The notes under the pieces: generated by a model
Database searches by the model: none
Seen by the model: the letters and a program-made list of their open reading frames with translations, nothing else
What the model was told of the DNA's origin: nothing
Translations under genes and position numbers: made by a program
Shown: positions 39,045 to 50,003 of the stretch, piece after piece
How positions within the stretch are numbered: position 1 is the stretch's first letter
Layout of the letters: the number at the start of each line of letters is the position of its first letter
From: Candidatus Nomurabacteria bacterium
GTDB lineage: Bacteria; Patescibacteriota; Minisyncoccia; Phycocordibacterales; UBA9973
Assembly (NCBI GenBank): GCA_016199805.1
Contig: JACQGC010000005.1
Location: 6,019 to 70,018 of the forward strand
Direction of reading: 5' to 3'
DNA length: 64,000 nt

Positions 39045-41186
39045 TTATTTTGCAATCTGGGTAGCTTCTTCGAATTTCACAGACAGGAGTTTGGAGGCGC
39101 CGTCGCTGCCTATGGTTACGCCGTAGAGCACACCAGCTCGGGACATCGTTTCCCTGTTGTGGGTAACCACTATCAGCTGAGATTGTTTGGATAGTTTCTC
39201 CAACATGTCTCCGTATTTGCGAGAATTTGATTCATCCAGGGCCGCATCGGTTTCATCCAGCACCAAAAATGGCGGTGGGTTCACTTGAGACATTGCAAAA
39301 AGCAGGGCTATAGATGTGAGTGAACGTTCCCCTCCGGAAAATGCGTGCAGTTCTTTCACTTTTTTGTGCGGCAAAGAAACATTTATTTCTATGCCTTTTT
39401 CCAAAATAATTCCCTCATCATCATCTGACTTTGATATTTCTTTCAGCTCGTCGTCTTCATCAATTTCACTAGCCCTTTTTTTCTTGGTCTCCACCACGAT
39501 AGAAAGCGAGCCATGCCCCCCGCCAAACATCAATGAGAAAAATTCTTGAAATTCTATGTTTATTTTTCGGACGCCCTCTTTGAATTCTATGTCTATCTTT
39601 TCTTTCAGATCGGCGATAAGCTTCTGCAGAGACACAATACTCTTTTCCAAATCTTCCATCTCCCTCGCCAAAAATCCATCCCGGTCGGAGACTTCTTTAA
39701 ATTCTTTCAAGAGTTCCGCTCCGTTGCCGAGACCAATATCTTCCAATTTTATTTTTATTCGTTCAATTTTTCTCTTCAGCTCTTCTTGGGGGGTTTTATT
39801 GTCATTTTCTACGAGCGTATAATTTTTGTAAGAAAGTATTTCCTGCCCAATCAGCACCGCGCCCTCTTTGAGCTCGTTTTCAAAAGATTCCGTCCTGCCC
39901 CTTAGATTCCCCTCTTTTATAGACACCATTCCAAGCTCGGAAGAAAGTTCTTGGTGTTTTACTTTCCAAGTAAATTTCTCACGCTCTAGGTCTCGCATAT
40001 CTTCCATCTCTTTATTGATTGATTGTTTCAGGACTTCCGACAGTTCCGCTTTTTCCTTTTCTTCTTTTTCGAGTTTTTCTATTTCAGAAACTGTCACCGT
40101 TTGAGAATTTTTCAATTCAATCAGCTCGGCTTCTTCGTTGTGCCTTTTTTCTATCTGATCCGCTTCGGCTTCTTTTATTTCGCTGCCACACAAAGGGCAC
40201 TTGCCGGAAATTTTTACCCGGTTGGCTTTGGCTTCAATCATACCTTCAATGCGCCCCAATTTACGCTCGAGTTCGTTTTTGGTTGCCCTAATGGAGTTTA
40301 TCTTTTGTTCAATAATTCTCAGCTCTTCAATTTTTTTATTACTCTCGGGATTGCCACTTTCCGTTTGTGAAATTTTTTCGGAGACGACTTTCAGCTCTTC
40401 TGAAATTTTTTCTTTCTCTCTCGCTAAACTATCTTTTTCTTGGTTTATATAAACGCTTTCTTTTTTTAAATATTCCCGGTAAAGGTCCGCCAGCTCCACC
40501 TGCATTTCTTTCCCCTTTTCAAATTTTTCCACCTGCTTTTTCAAAAAATTAAGATGTGGTGCATTTTCCCTGCGCAACATCGTGACCTCTTTTATATTTT
40601 CGTTTGTCTTTTCCAGTTTCCTTTCGGATTCTTTTATTTTGTATTGATAAATTTTAAGCCCGAGCGCGTCTTCCACCATCTCGCGCCTGTCTCGCGCATT
40701 GGCATTCAAGATTCTGTCCGCCTCGCCCTGGGAGATGATATGGTGCCCGGAAGAGCCGATGTTCACAGAGGCGAGCAAGTTGTGAATATCTTTCAGTCGA
40801 ACTTCGGTGCCGTTTAAAATATACTTGTTCAAACCATCGGAAAAAACCTCGCGGGAAATAGAAACCACGTCGTAGTTTAAATTTATATCGTCACCTCCAT
40901 CACCCATAAGTTTGAAAACTTTGTCAGTATTATTGAAATAGATAGTGACCGCCGCCTTGGAGCCCTGGCTTAGATTTTTTGAACCTTTAAAAATAAGGTC
41001 TGTTCCGCCTTTGCCGCGCATGGACTTCATAGATTGCTCACCCAAGACGAAACGGATGGCCTCCACGACGTTGGATTTACCTGAACCATTCGGGCCGACG
41101 ATGGAAACAACCGGGGTCTCAAATTCCAATACCGTCTTGTGGGCAAAAGATTTGAAACCATTTATTTGAAGGGTCTTCAGGCGCAT
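39045..41186 (-). CDS. smc: Short SMC-family chromosome segregation ATPase
   Basis: Smc-type head GFKSF...IVGPNGSGKSN..EAIRFVLGEQS and IISQGE; C-terminal FSGGERSL and LDETDAALD; next to rnc; only 713 aa, with a central CPLC. Confidence 0.85.
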   Translation of the reverse strand: MRLKTLQINGFKSFAHKTVLEFETPVVSIVGPNGSGKSNVVEAIRFVLGEQSMKSMRGKGGTDLIFKGSKNLSQGSKAAVTIYFNNTDKVFKLMGDGGDDINLNYDVVSISREVFSDGLNKYILNGTEVRLKDIHNLLASVNIGSSGHHIISQGEADRILNANARDRREMVEDALGLKIYQYKIKESERKLEKTNENIKEVTMLRRENAPHLNFLKKQVEKFEKGKEMQVELADLYREYLKKESVYINQEKDSLAREKEKISEELKVVSEKISQTESGNPESNKKIEELRIIEQKINSIRATKNELERKLGRIEGMIEAKANRVKISGKCPLCGSEIKEAEADQIEKRHNEEAELIELKNSQTVTVSEIEKLEKEEKEKAELSEVLKQSINKEMEDMRDLEREKFTWKVKHQELSSELGMVSIKEGNLRGRTESFENELKEGAVLIGQEILSYKNYTLVENDNKTPQEELKRKIERIKIKLEDIGLGNGAELLKEFKEVSDRDGFLAREMEDLEKSIVSLQKLIADLKEKIDIEFKEGVRKINIEFQEFFSLMFGGGHGSLSIVVETKKKRASEIDEDDELKEISKSDDDEGIILEKGIEINVSLPHKKVKELHAFSGGERSLTSIALLFAMSQVNPPPFLVLDETDAALDESNSRKYGDMLEKLSKQSQLIVVTHNRETMSRAGVLYGVTIGSDGASKLLSVKFEEATQIAK

Positions 41187-41202
41187 GTCTCTCTAGTATA
41201 CC

Positions 41203-41898
41203 TTAGTCTAGCCAATTTTTCATTTTTAAAGCGGCGAGGGCTGCCGACTGTTCGGCTTCTTGTTTTGATTTTCCTTTGCCTTCAGCCATCAGCTCGGGTC
41301 CGAAATAAATACCGACGGTGAAATGTTTATCATGATCAGGGCCCGTTTGGTTTAAAACCTTATAGGCCGGAGTCACCGAGACAAATTCCTGCGCTTTTTC
41401 CTGCACCAGGGACTTGGCGTCGCGCCAGAGTTTTTTATTCACGATTTCTTCCGTCTGAGGCAAGAGAGTTTTGGTGATAAATTTATTGGTCACTTCATAG
41501 CCGGCATCCAGATACATCGCGCCGACCAATGCCTCATAGGTATTGGCTAAAATATACTGCCGGGCCTTACCATTGTCTTTGGCTTCACCTTTGGATAAAA
41601 GCAAATAGTCATTCATACCGATATCGCTTGCGATTTCGGAAATAATAATCGCGTTCACCAAGGCCGAACGGAGCGCGGTCAATTCCCCTTCCGCATAGTG
41701 CGGATACTTGCGGTATAGAAAGTCGGTCACGATAAGCTCCAGCACGGCATCGCCCAAAAACTCCAAGCGTTCGTTGTGCGATAAAGTTGCCCCCCCATTC
41801 TCATTGATATAGGAACGGTGCGTGAAAGCCTGCTTCAGTAAATTTTTGTCTTCAAAGACCACTTTTATTTTTTTCTCAAAATCTGAAAATTTTACCAT
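41203..41898 (-). CDS. rnc: Ribonuclease III
   Basis: AFTHRSY, NERLEFLGDAVL and a dsRBD with GPDH and G.SKQEAEQ.AA. Confidence 0.97.
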   Translation of the reverse strand: MVKFSDFEKKIKVVFEDKNLLKQAFTHRSYINENGGATLSHNERLEFLGDAVLELIVTDFLYRKYPHYAEGELTALRSALVNAIIISEIASDIGMNDYLLLSKGEAKDNGKARQYILANTYEALVGAMYLDAGYEVTNKFITKTLLPQTEEIVNKKLWRDAKSLVQEKAQEFVSVTPAYKVLNQTGPDHDKHFTVGIYFGPELMAEGKGKSKQEAEQSAALAALKMKNWLD

Positions 41899-41902
41899 AT
41901 AT

Positions 41903-41935
41903 TACTTTACAACTTTATGAACTTTATAACTTTTT
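41903..41935. repeat. Degenerate 7-8 nt tandem repeats (ACTTTAY-type)
   Basis: actttac-aactttatg-aactttat-aacttttt; similar arrays at about 42850-42940, 58555-58590 and 59168-59187. Confidence 0.55.
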
Positions 41936-42844
41936 ACTACTCAATATCTCAATTGCCTTACTGATTAATGGAATAATATCATTATAAATACGAAGTCCGG
42001 GGATAGCGGAAATTTCAAACCAGCGGGCATTGTCCAGGCCAGTGGATTTTTCCAGGACTAGCTCTTTATATTCGCTTTTCGCTAAAAAGTAAACAACTTT
42101 TTTCAAAATCTTCCCTTTTACCGGGTGAGAAGCCACATACTCGTTCTCGCCCAGTTTTTCTTCAATGAAAATATCCAGCCCGATTTCCTGCTTAATTTCT
42201 CTTTTTGTCGCTTCTTCTTCACTATCCTCCCCGTCAATTCCGCCTTTGGAAATAGTCCAATATCCAAAAACATCGTGCACTAGGGCAAATACTATTTTAT
42301 CTTCGTTCCTGGCATAGACCAATGCCCCGCCCTTTTTTTCCACCGGCAGTTTGGTGATATCCAGAGCCTCTTCGGGTTTTTTCTTCTTACTGATTTGTTC
42401 TTTGCCCGGCTCGCCTATCTCTTTATAGACCGCGCCCAAGACACCGTTTACGAATTTGCCGGAATTTTCCCCACCAAAAGTTTTCGCCAATTCTATGGCT
42501 TCATTGATGGCTACCTTTGGAGGCACTTCCTTGCGGTCGCCAAAGAGAAGTTCGGTCAAGCCGATTCTTAGAATATTTCTGTCTATGATGGAGATTTTGT
42601 CTAGCGGCCAGTCCGGAGCGGCTTTTTCAATAATCTCGTCAATTACTTTATGTTTCTTCAGAACCTGTTCGATGAGAGAAAATACGAAAGCATCGTCCTC
42701 AAAACCGGGAGCAAATTCTTTTAGGTTTCTTTTCAGACTTTCTTTGATATTAGATTCGCTGTTTTCTTTATTATTAGGCAAGGTGAAATCCCACTCAAAA
42801 AGCGTCTGCAGCACTATTGATCTGGAAAGGTGCCTGTTTGCCAT
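41924..42844 (-). CDS. nusB: Transcription antitermination factor NusB fused to a C-terminal Nudix-like domain
   Basis: RHLSR...Q.LFE, IDRNILR and P.KVAINEAIELAK.FG...S.KFVNGVLG, then W...KGG...E...REIKQEIGL (Nudix box). Confidence 0.9.
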   Translation of the reverse strand: MANRHLSRSIVLQTLFEWDFTLPNNKENSESNIKESLKRNLKEFAPGFEDDAFVFSLIEQVLKKHKVIDEIIEKAAPDWPLDKISIIDRNILRIGLTELLFGDRKEVPPKVAINEAIELAKTFGGENSGKFVNGVLGAVYKEIGEPGKEQISKKKKPEEALDITKLPVEKKGGALVYARNEDKIVFALVHDVFGYWTISKGGIDGEDSEEEATKREIKQEIGLDIFIEEKLGENEYVASHPVKGKILKKVVYFLAKSEYKELVLEKSTGLDNARWFEISAIPGLRIYNDIIPLISKAIEILSSKKL

Positions 42845-42935
42845 GATTAGTTATAAAGTTATCAAGTTCATAAAGTTAAAAGAAAATTCAAAACCTTCCT
42901 AACTTTACAAACTTTATAACTTTCTACTTTATAAA

Positions 42936-43160
42936 CTAGCTCTTCGCAAGAGCTGCTTTCGCTTTCTTTTGTTTCTTTTCGGCTTTCTTTATCAAGTCCA
43001 GAACCTTTTTTCCGCGGTAGAAACCGCAAGAAGAGCAGACGGTGTGACGTCTCTTCAGGGCCTGGCAATTTTCGCACTTGGAAAAACTCGTGCTCTCCAA
43101 AGCATGGTGAGAACGTCGGTTGGCCGTATGCGATTTTGTGTGTCTCATTCGTACTACCAT
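42936..43160 (-). CDS. rpmF: 50S ribosomal protein L32
   Basis: RRSHHAL...CENC...H.VC..CGFYRGK.V. Confidence 0.95.
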   Translation of the reverse strand: MVVRMRHTKSHTANRRSHHALESTSFSKCENCQALKRRHTVCSSCGFYRGKKVLDLIKKAEKKQKKAKAALAKS

Positions 43161-43221
43161 AGTGTACCCATCTTAGCATATTAAAGTTGAAATGCAAAAT
43201 AAAATGTGATATTATAAAAAT

Positions 43222-44979
43222 ATGGAAAAGAAAGAGGAAAAACTGAACAATTTGAGGCACACCCTGGCGCACCTTCTGGCCTCCGCCGTCGGAGAAATAT
43301 ACAAGTTTGATAAAATCAAGCTGACCCTCGGTCCGGCTATAGAAAATGGCTTTTATTACGATATTGATTTCGGCGAAGAGAAAATCAGCGACTCCGCCCT
43401 GCAAAAGATTGAAGACAGAATGCGCAAAATTTTGCCAAAATGGACGGACTGGCAGCATAAAGAAATATCCAAAGAAGAAGCCTTGGCCTTTTTTAAAAAC
43501 GAATACAAGGCGGAATTGATAAATGAAATATCCGACCGTGGAGAAAAGATAACTACTTACACCTGTGGCGGCTTTACCGACCTGTGTCGGGGCGGACACT
43601 TGGAACACCCGGCACAAGAGATAGATCCCCTGTCCTTCAAACTGGACCGTGTGGCCGGAGCCTACTGGCGCGGAGATGAGAAAAATAAAATGCTTACCCG
43701 TATTTACGGTTTGGCTTTTGAGACCAAAAAGGAATTGGAGGCATATCTCACGCAACGCGAAGAGGCGGAGAAAAGAGACCACAAAAAATTAGGAAAAGAA
43801 TTAGATCTCTTTGTTTTTTCTGAACTTGTGGGAAGTGGACTTCCCCTCTGGACACCCAAAGGAACAATTTTAAGAAACCTTTTGGATGATTATATTTGGG
43901 AACTTCGCAAGAAACTTGATTATATGAAAGTTGAAATTCCACATATAACCAAAAAGGAATTATATGAAAAAAGCGGACATTGGGATAAATTTAAGAATGA
44001 ACTGTTTAGAATAACTACCCGAGAAGGACACGAGTTTGCTATGAAGCCAATGAACTGCCCGCACCATATTCAAATTTTTGACCGCAAACAATGGAGCTAC
44101 AAAGAATTACCTCAAAGATACGCTAATTCAACTACTTGCTACCGAGATGAACAGACAGGAGAACTTTCTGGTCTCTCTCGGGTTCGTGCTTTCACACAAG
44201 ACGATGCCCATGTATTTTGCCGAATGATCCAAGTAAAAAAGGAACTGGGGGAAATTTGGGATAAGGTGGTAGAACCATTTTATAAATCTTTTGGATTTAA
44301 TTTAAAGCTTCGTTTGTCTCTGCATGACCCTGCTCACCCTGAAAAATATCTGGGCGACGCAAAAAGCTGGGAACACGCCGAGTCTGTATTGAGAGAGCTT
44401 GCCCAAGAACGTAAAACGGAATTTTTTGAGGGTGTAGGTGAAGCAGCATTTTATGGACCAAAATTGGATTTTATGGCTACAGACTCATTGGGTAGACAAT
44501 GGCAAGTTGCTACAATTCAGTTAGATATGAACCAGCCGGAAAGATTTGATTTAACATGTGTAAATGAAAAAGGAGAAAAGGAAAGAATTGTGATGATTCA
44601 TGCAGCAATTATGGGTTCTATTGATAGATTTTTGTCTATACTCATAGAACATGTCGCCGGCAACTTTCCTCTCTGGCTCGCGCCTGTGCAAGTGAAAGTC
44701 ATCCCCGTGCGCACCAGCCACAACGAATACGCCAAAAAAGTTTTTGAAATGCTCAAGGAAAACAATGTTAGAGCGGAGTTTGACGATGCCGAAGAAAACC
44801 TTGGTACAAAAGTCAGAGACGCGAAAAACAACAAAATCCCTTACTGGATAGTAGTAGGTGATAAAGAAATTGAAGCCGACAAAGTCACCTTGGAATCCCG
44901 TGACAAAGGCCAACTAGGCCAAATCTCCAAAGAAGAAATCTTGTCTAAACTTTTGGAAGAAATTAAAAATAAGAAATAA
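43222..44979 (+). CDS. thrS: Threonine-tRNA ligase (no N-terminal TGS domain)
   Basis: RHTLAHLLA, DLCRGGH, GAYWRGDE, KPMNCPHH and AAFYGPKLD; anticodon-binding C-terminus. Confidence 0.97.
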   Translation: MEKKEEKLNNLRHTLAHLLASAVGEIYKFDKIKLTLGPAIENGFYYDIDFGEEKISDSALQKIEDRMRKILPKWTDWQHKEISKEEALAFFKNEYKAELINEISDRGEKITTYTCGGFTDLCRGGHLEHPAQEIDPLSFKLDRVAGAYWRGDEKNKMLTRIYGLAFETKKELEAYLTQREEAEKRDHKKLGKELDLFVFSELVGSGLPLWTPKGTILRNLLDDYIWELRKKLDYMKVEIPHITKKELYEKSGHWDKFKNELFRITTREGHEFAMKPMNCPHHIQIFDRKQWSYKELPQRYANSTTCYRDEQTGELSGLSRVRAFTQDDAHVFCRMIQVKKELGEIWDKVVEPFYKSFGFNLKLRLSLHDPAHPEKYLGDAKSWEHAESVLRELAQERKTEFFEGVGEAAFYGPKLDFMATDSLGRQWQVATIQLDMNQPERFDLTCVNEKGEKERIVMIHAAIMGSIDRFLSILIEHVAGNFPLWLAPVQVKVIPVRTSHNEYAKKVFEMLKENNVRAEFDDAEENLGTKVRDAKNNKIPYWIVVGDKEIEADKVTLESRDKGQLGQISKEEILSKLLEEIKNKK

Positions 44980-47153
<2,174 letters not shown>

Positions 47154-47175
47154 TATACCTATATTATAGCAAAAT

Positions 47176-49023
47176 TTACCTGACTTGCCAATCAGCGTTC
47201 TCCTTGATTTTATTGGTTATTTTAGTCATAATATCGTTCACTTCTGTGTCAGTCAAAGTGCGGTCAAAAGACTGAAAAACCAATCTGAAAGCGTAAGAAA
47301 TTTTTCCATCTTTTTTGAATTCATCAAATAATTCCGGACCGCGGATTACCATATCCCCTGCGTTTTCCTTTATAACTTTATAAACTTTTTCACTTTCAAC
47401 TGTATCTGGCACCCACACGGCAATATCTCGGGCGATGAATGGGAAGAGGGACCAGGGCTTGAATTTATTATTCCCCTCTTGAGGGGTGGCGCTTGTGCCG
47501 GGGTGGATAATTTTTCCACCTCCCCCTAAAGGGTACTCCTCAAGAGGAGAATCAATGCAAAATTCATCCAGTTTCATCTCTTTTATTTCTTTCTTGTTTG
47601 CATAAGCCACATGCATCTCTTCTTTGTCTTTTTTGAAGATTGTTCCAATTTCAAAAATTTTTATCTCGTTCATTCCCAAAAGTGGAGCATTGGCTTGGTT
47701 GAGTTTTAGACTTTCTTTTAATCCATCAGTTAAATTTGTGCGCAGAAACTTTTTGTCCGACGCAGAAGCCAGGACAGACACCTCCCCCATACTCCTAAAG
47801 CTACTATTCATGACTTCAGAATACCCGTCATTCAGTAATTTATTTCTAGTCCAGAGTATTTTAGTATATGTTTGGTTTTGTTTCGGCTGGAAATTTATTT
47901 TGGAAATTTTAACTTTCACCTTATCATAACCGAGAATCCTGCCGATTTCTTCCGCCATATCTTCCTCAATTACCAAGTCTAGGCGCATCGTCGGTACGGT
48001 AATTTCAAATTTTCCGGCATTTTCTGTATATTCAAAATTATACCTCTTTAAGATATCTTTTATTTCTTCCACAGAAACTTCTAAACCCAAAATCTTTGAA
48101 ATTTTATCGGTTGAAAAAGATAATTTTCTTTCTTCTTGTTTTTGAGGGTAAACATCTACCACCTCTTCAAAAATTGCTTCCGGGCACATCTCGGCGATAA
48201 GTGCGGAAAACTCAACCATTGCCTCCCCGCAAAGCTCGGGCGATAAATCGTTCTCGAAACGCTTTTTGGCATCCGTAATTATATTCACGGCTTGAGCTGT
48301 CTTTCGCACAGAAGTCGGGTCAAAATTGGCAACTTCTAAAATTATGTCTTTAGTATTATTATCTACTTCCGCAATTTTCCCTCCCTTCACTCCGGCGATG
48401 GCCAAGGCGTTTTTCGTATCAGCTATTACCATATTTGAATTTTTAAGCTTTATTTCTTTGTTGTCCAAAGTGGTTAAACTTTCGCCTCCTGTGGCCTCAC
48501 GCACGAAAATTACATTTTCCATTTTATCCAAATCAAAACAATGCGTGGGCTGGCCATCGTCAAACATCACGATGTTGGCGGCGTCCACGATATTGTTGAT
48601 ACTTCTCTGCCCCATGGATTCAAGGTGTTTTACCATCCATTCTGGGCTTGGGCCAACTTTTACGCCCCGAATTATCCTGCCCATATACCTGCGGCATTTT
48701 TCTGTTTCAATTTTTATTTGAAGTTTTGTTGGTTTTACTTCGGGAATTTTATATTTCGGCGCCGGGTCAACAAATTTAATATTTAGAAGTGAAGCGAGTT
48801 CGCGAGCCACACCCAGGTGGGACAACAAATCATGCGCGCGGTTTGGTAAAACTTTTATATCAAAAACATAATCACCACCCCCTGCCCCCTCGGGTGAAAG
48901 GAGGGGAGGAAGTCTCTCCATTGATTCCATTTCACAAAGGTGATAGTTGAAAATATCCGTGAGTTTGTCTGCGTAGGGAACTTCCGGTATATACCGTTTG
49001 AGCCAGTTGTAAGAAATTTTCAT
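47176..49023 (-). CDS. pheT: Phenylalanine-tRNA ligase beta subunit (short form)
   Basis: MKISYNWL, PNRAHDLLSH.GVARE, INNIVD..N, R.DL..EED..EEI.R..GY and FDX-ACB C-terminus; lacks the B2 OB domain. Confidence 0.93.
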   Translation of the reverse strand: MKISYNWLKRYIPEVPYADKLTDIFNYHLCEMESMERLPPLLSPEGAGGGDYVFDIKVLPNRAHDLLSHLGVARELASLLNIKFVDPAPKYKIPEVKPTKLQIKIETEKCRRYMGRIIRGVKVGPSPEWMVKHLESMGQRSINNIVDAANIVMFDDGQPTHCFDLDKMENVIFVREATGGESLTTLDNKEIKLKNSNMVIADTKNALAIAGVKGGKIAEVDNNTKDIILEVANFDPTSVRKTAQAVNIITDAKKRFENDLSPELCGEAMVEFSALIAEMCPEAIFEEVVDVYPQKQEERKLSFSTDKISKILGLEVSVEEIKDILKRYNFEYTENAGKFEITVPTMRLDLVIEEDMAEEIGRILGYDKVKVKISKINFQPKQNQTYTKILWTRNKLLNDGYSEVMNSSFRSMGEVSVLASASDKKFLRTNLTDGLKESLKLNQANAPLLGMNEIKIFEIGTIFKKDKEEMHVAYANKKEIKEMKLDEFCIDSPLEEYPLGGGGKIIHPGTSATPQEGNNKFKPWSLFPFIARDIAVWVPDTVESEKVYKVIKENAGDMVIRGPELFDEFKKDGKISYAFRLVFQSFDRTLTDTEVNDIMTKITNKIKENADWQVR

Positions 49024-49035
49024 ATTAAAATTGAT

Positions 49036-49743
49036 TTAAAGTTGATTTAAGCGTAAATCTCCCTGATAAAGAAAACGCACATCGGATATCCCCCACCTGA
49101 CCATGGCTATACGGTCAAAACCGTGCCCGAAGGCAAAACCTTGCACCTTGACTGGATCGAGCCCCAGATTGCGCAACACATTTGGGTGCAACATACCTGA
49201 ACCGCCAAGCTCTAGCCACTTGCCTCTAAACTTTGCGAAAACTTCTATGGATGGCTCGGTAAAAGGAAAAAAGCTCGGCCTGAATTCTATTACTGTATCC
49301 TCACCCAACATTTTTTTATAAAAATGAGTCAGCACCCCTTTCATGTCGGCAATGGAAATATCTTCCCCAACCATCGCGCCATCTATCTGATAAAATTGCA
49401 TTTCGTGCGTAGCATCCGTCGCTTCATTTCTGAAAACCTTGCCAATAGAAACAAAAGCGCAAGGAACTCTGCCTTCCTTACCCGCCTGCTCTATGGCCCG
49501 CCCAGTGACACTAGTGGTATGAGTCCGAAGCACATGGTCTTTTCTGTCTTTAATCCAAAAAGTGTCCTGCATGTCGCGCGCGGGGTGGTCTTTCGGAACA
49601 TTCAATACATCAAAATTGTACCACTCACTTTCCAACTCCGGTCCGGTGGCAATTTCAAAACCCATCTCCGAAAAAACTTGATAAGCCTCTTCGGCTAAAA
49701 GCGAAAGTGGATGCAATGTTCCCTTTTTAGTTTCTTTGTCCAT
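49036..49743 (-). CDS. pheS: Phenylalanine-tRNA ligase alpha subunit (catalytic core only)
   Basis: G.LHPL, NFD.LN.P.DHPARDMQDTF, LRTHT, FRPSFFPFTEPS and GFAFG. Confidence 0.96.
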   Translation of the reverse strand: MDKETKKGTLHPLSLLAEEAYQVFSEMGFEIATGPELESEWYNFDVLNVPKDHPARDMQDTFWIKDRKDHVLRTHTTSVTGRAIEQAGKEGRVPCAFVSIGKVFRNEATDATHEMQFYQIDGAMVGEDISIADMKGVLTHFYKKMLGEDTVIEFRPSFFPFTEPSIEVFAKFRGKWLELGGSGMLHPNVLRNLGLDPVKVQGFAFGHGFDRIAMVRWGISDVRFLYQGDLRLNQL

Positions 49744-49964
49744 TAATGAATTGAATTACTTTTTCTTAAATTATATTTACCGTCTTTTTTTTCAAAAACT
49801 ACATTTCCAATATAAATCTTTTTATTCGGGTCGTGGTCTACGGCGTGACGCATTTCGTCAAAATCAGTTTTGTGGTCCTTCCAACCCTCAACCACCTTTT
49901 TGACGCTTTCGTGCTCGTGATTGTGAATGTTTAAATCAGTGTCATGAATTTTGACTTCTATCAT
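49743..49964 (-). CDS. Small hypothetical protein (His-rich)
   Basis: 73-aa ORF whose stop overlaps the pheS start (TAATG coupling). Confidence 0.55.
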   Translation of the reverse strand: MIEVKIHDTDLNIHNHEHESVKKVVEGWKDHKTDFDEMRHAVDHDPNKKIYIGNVVFEKKDGKYNLRKSNSIH

Positions 49965-50003
49965 ATGGTTAAATTAAGTTAAGTTGCTAATAATGTGATT
50001 ATA

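Noticed and set aside
41903-42940. CRISPR array
   Set aside because: Repeats are short, degenerate and lack unique spacers; no cas genes are in the window.
42868-43782. 304-aa minus-strand ORF
   Set aside because: Antisense to thrS and overlapping rpmF in another frame; no protein-like features.
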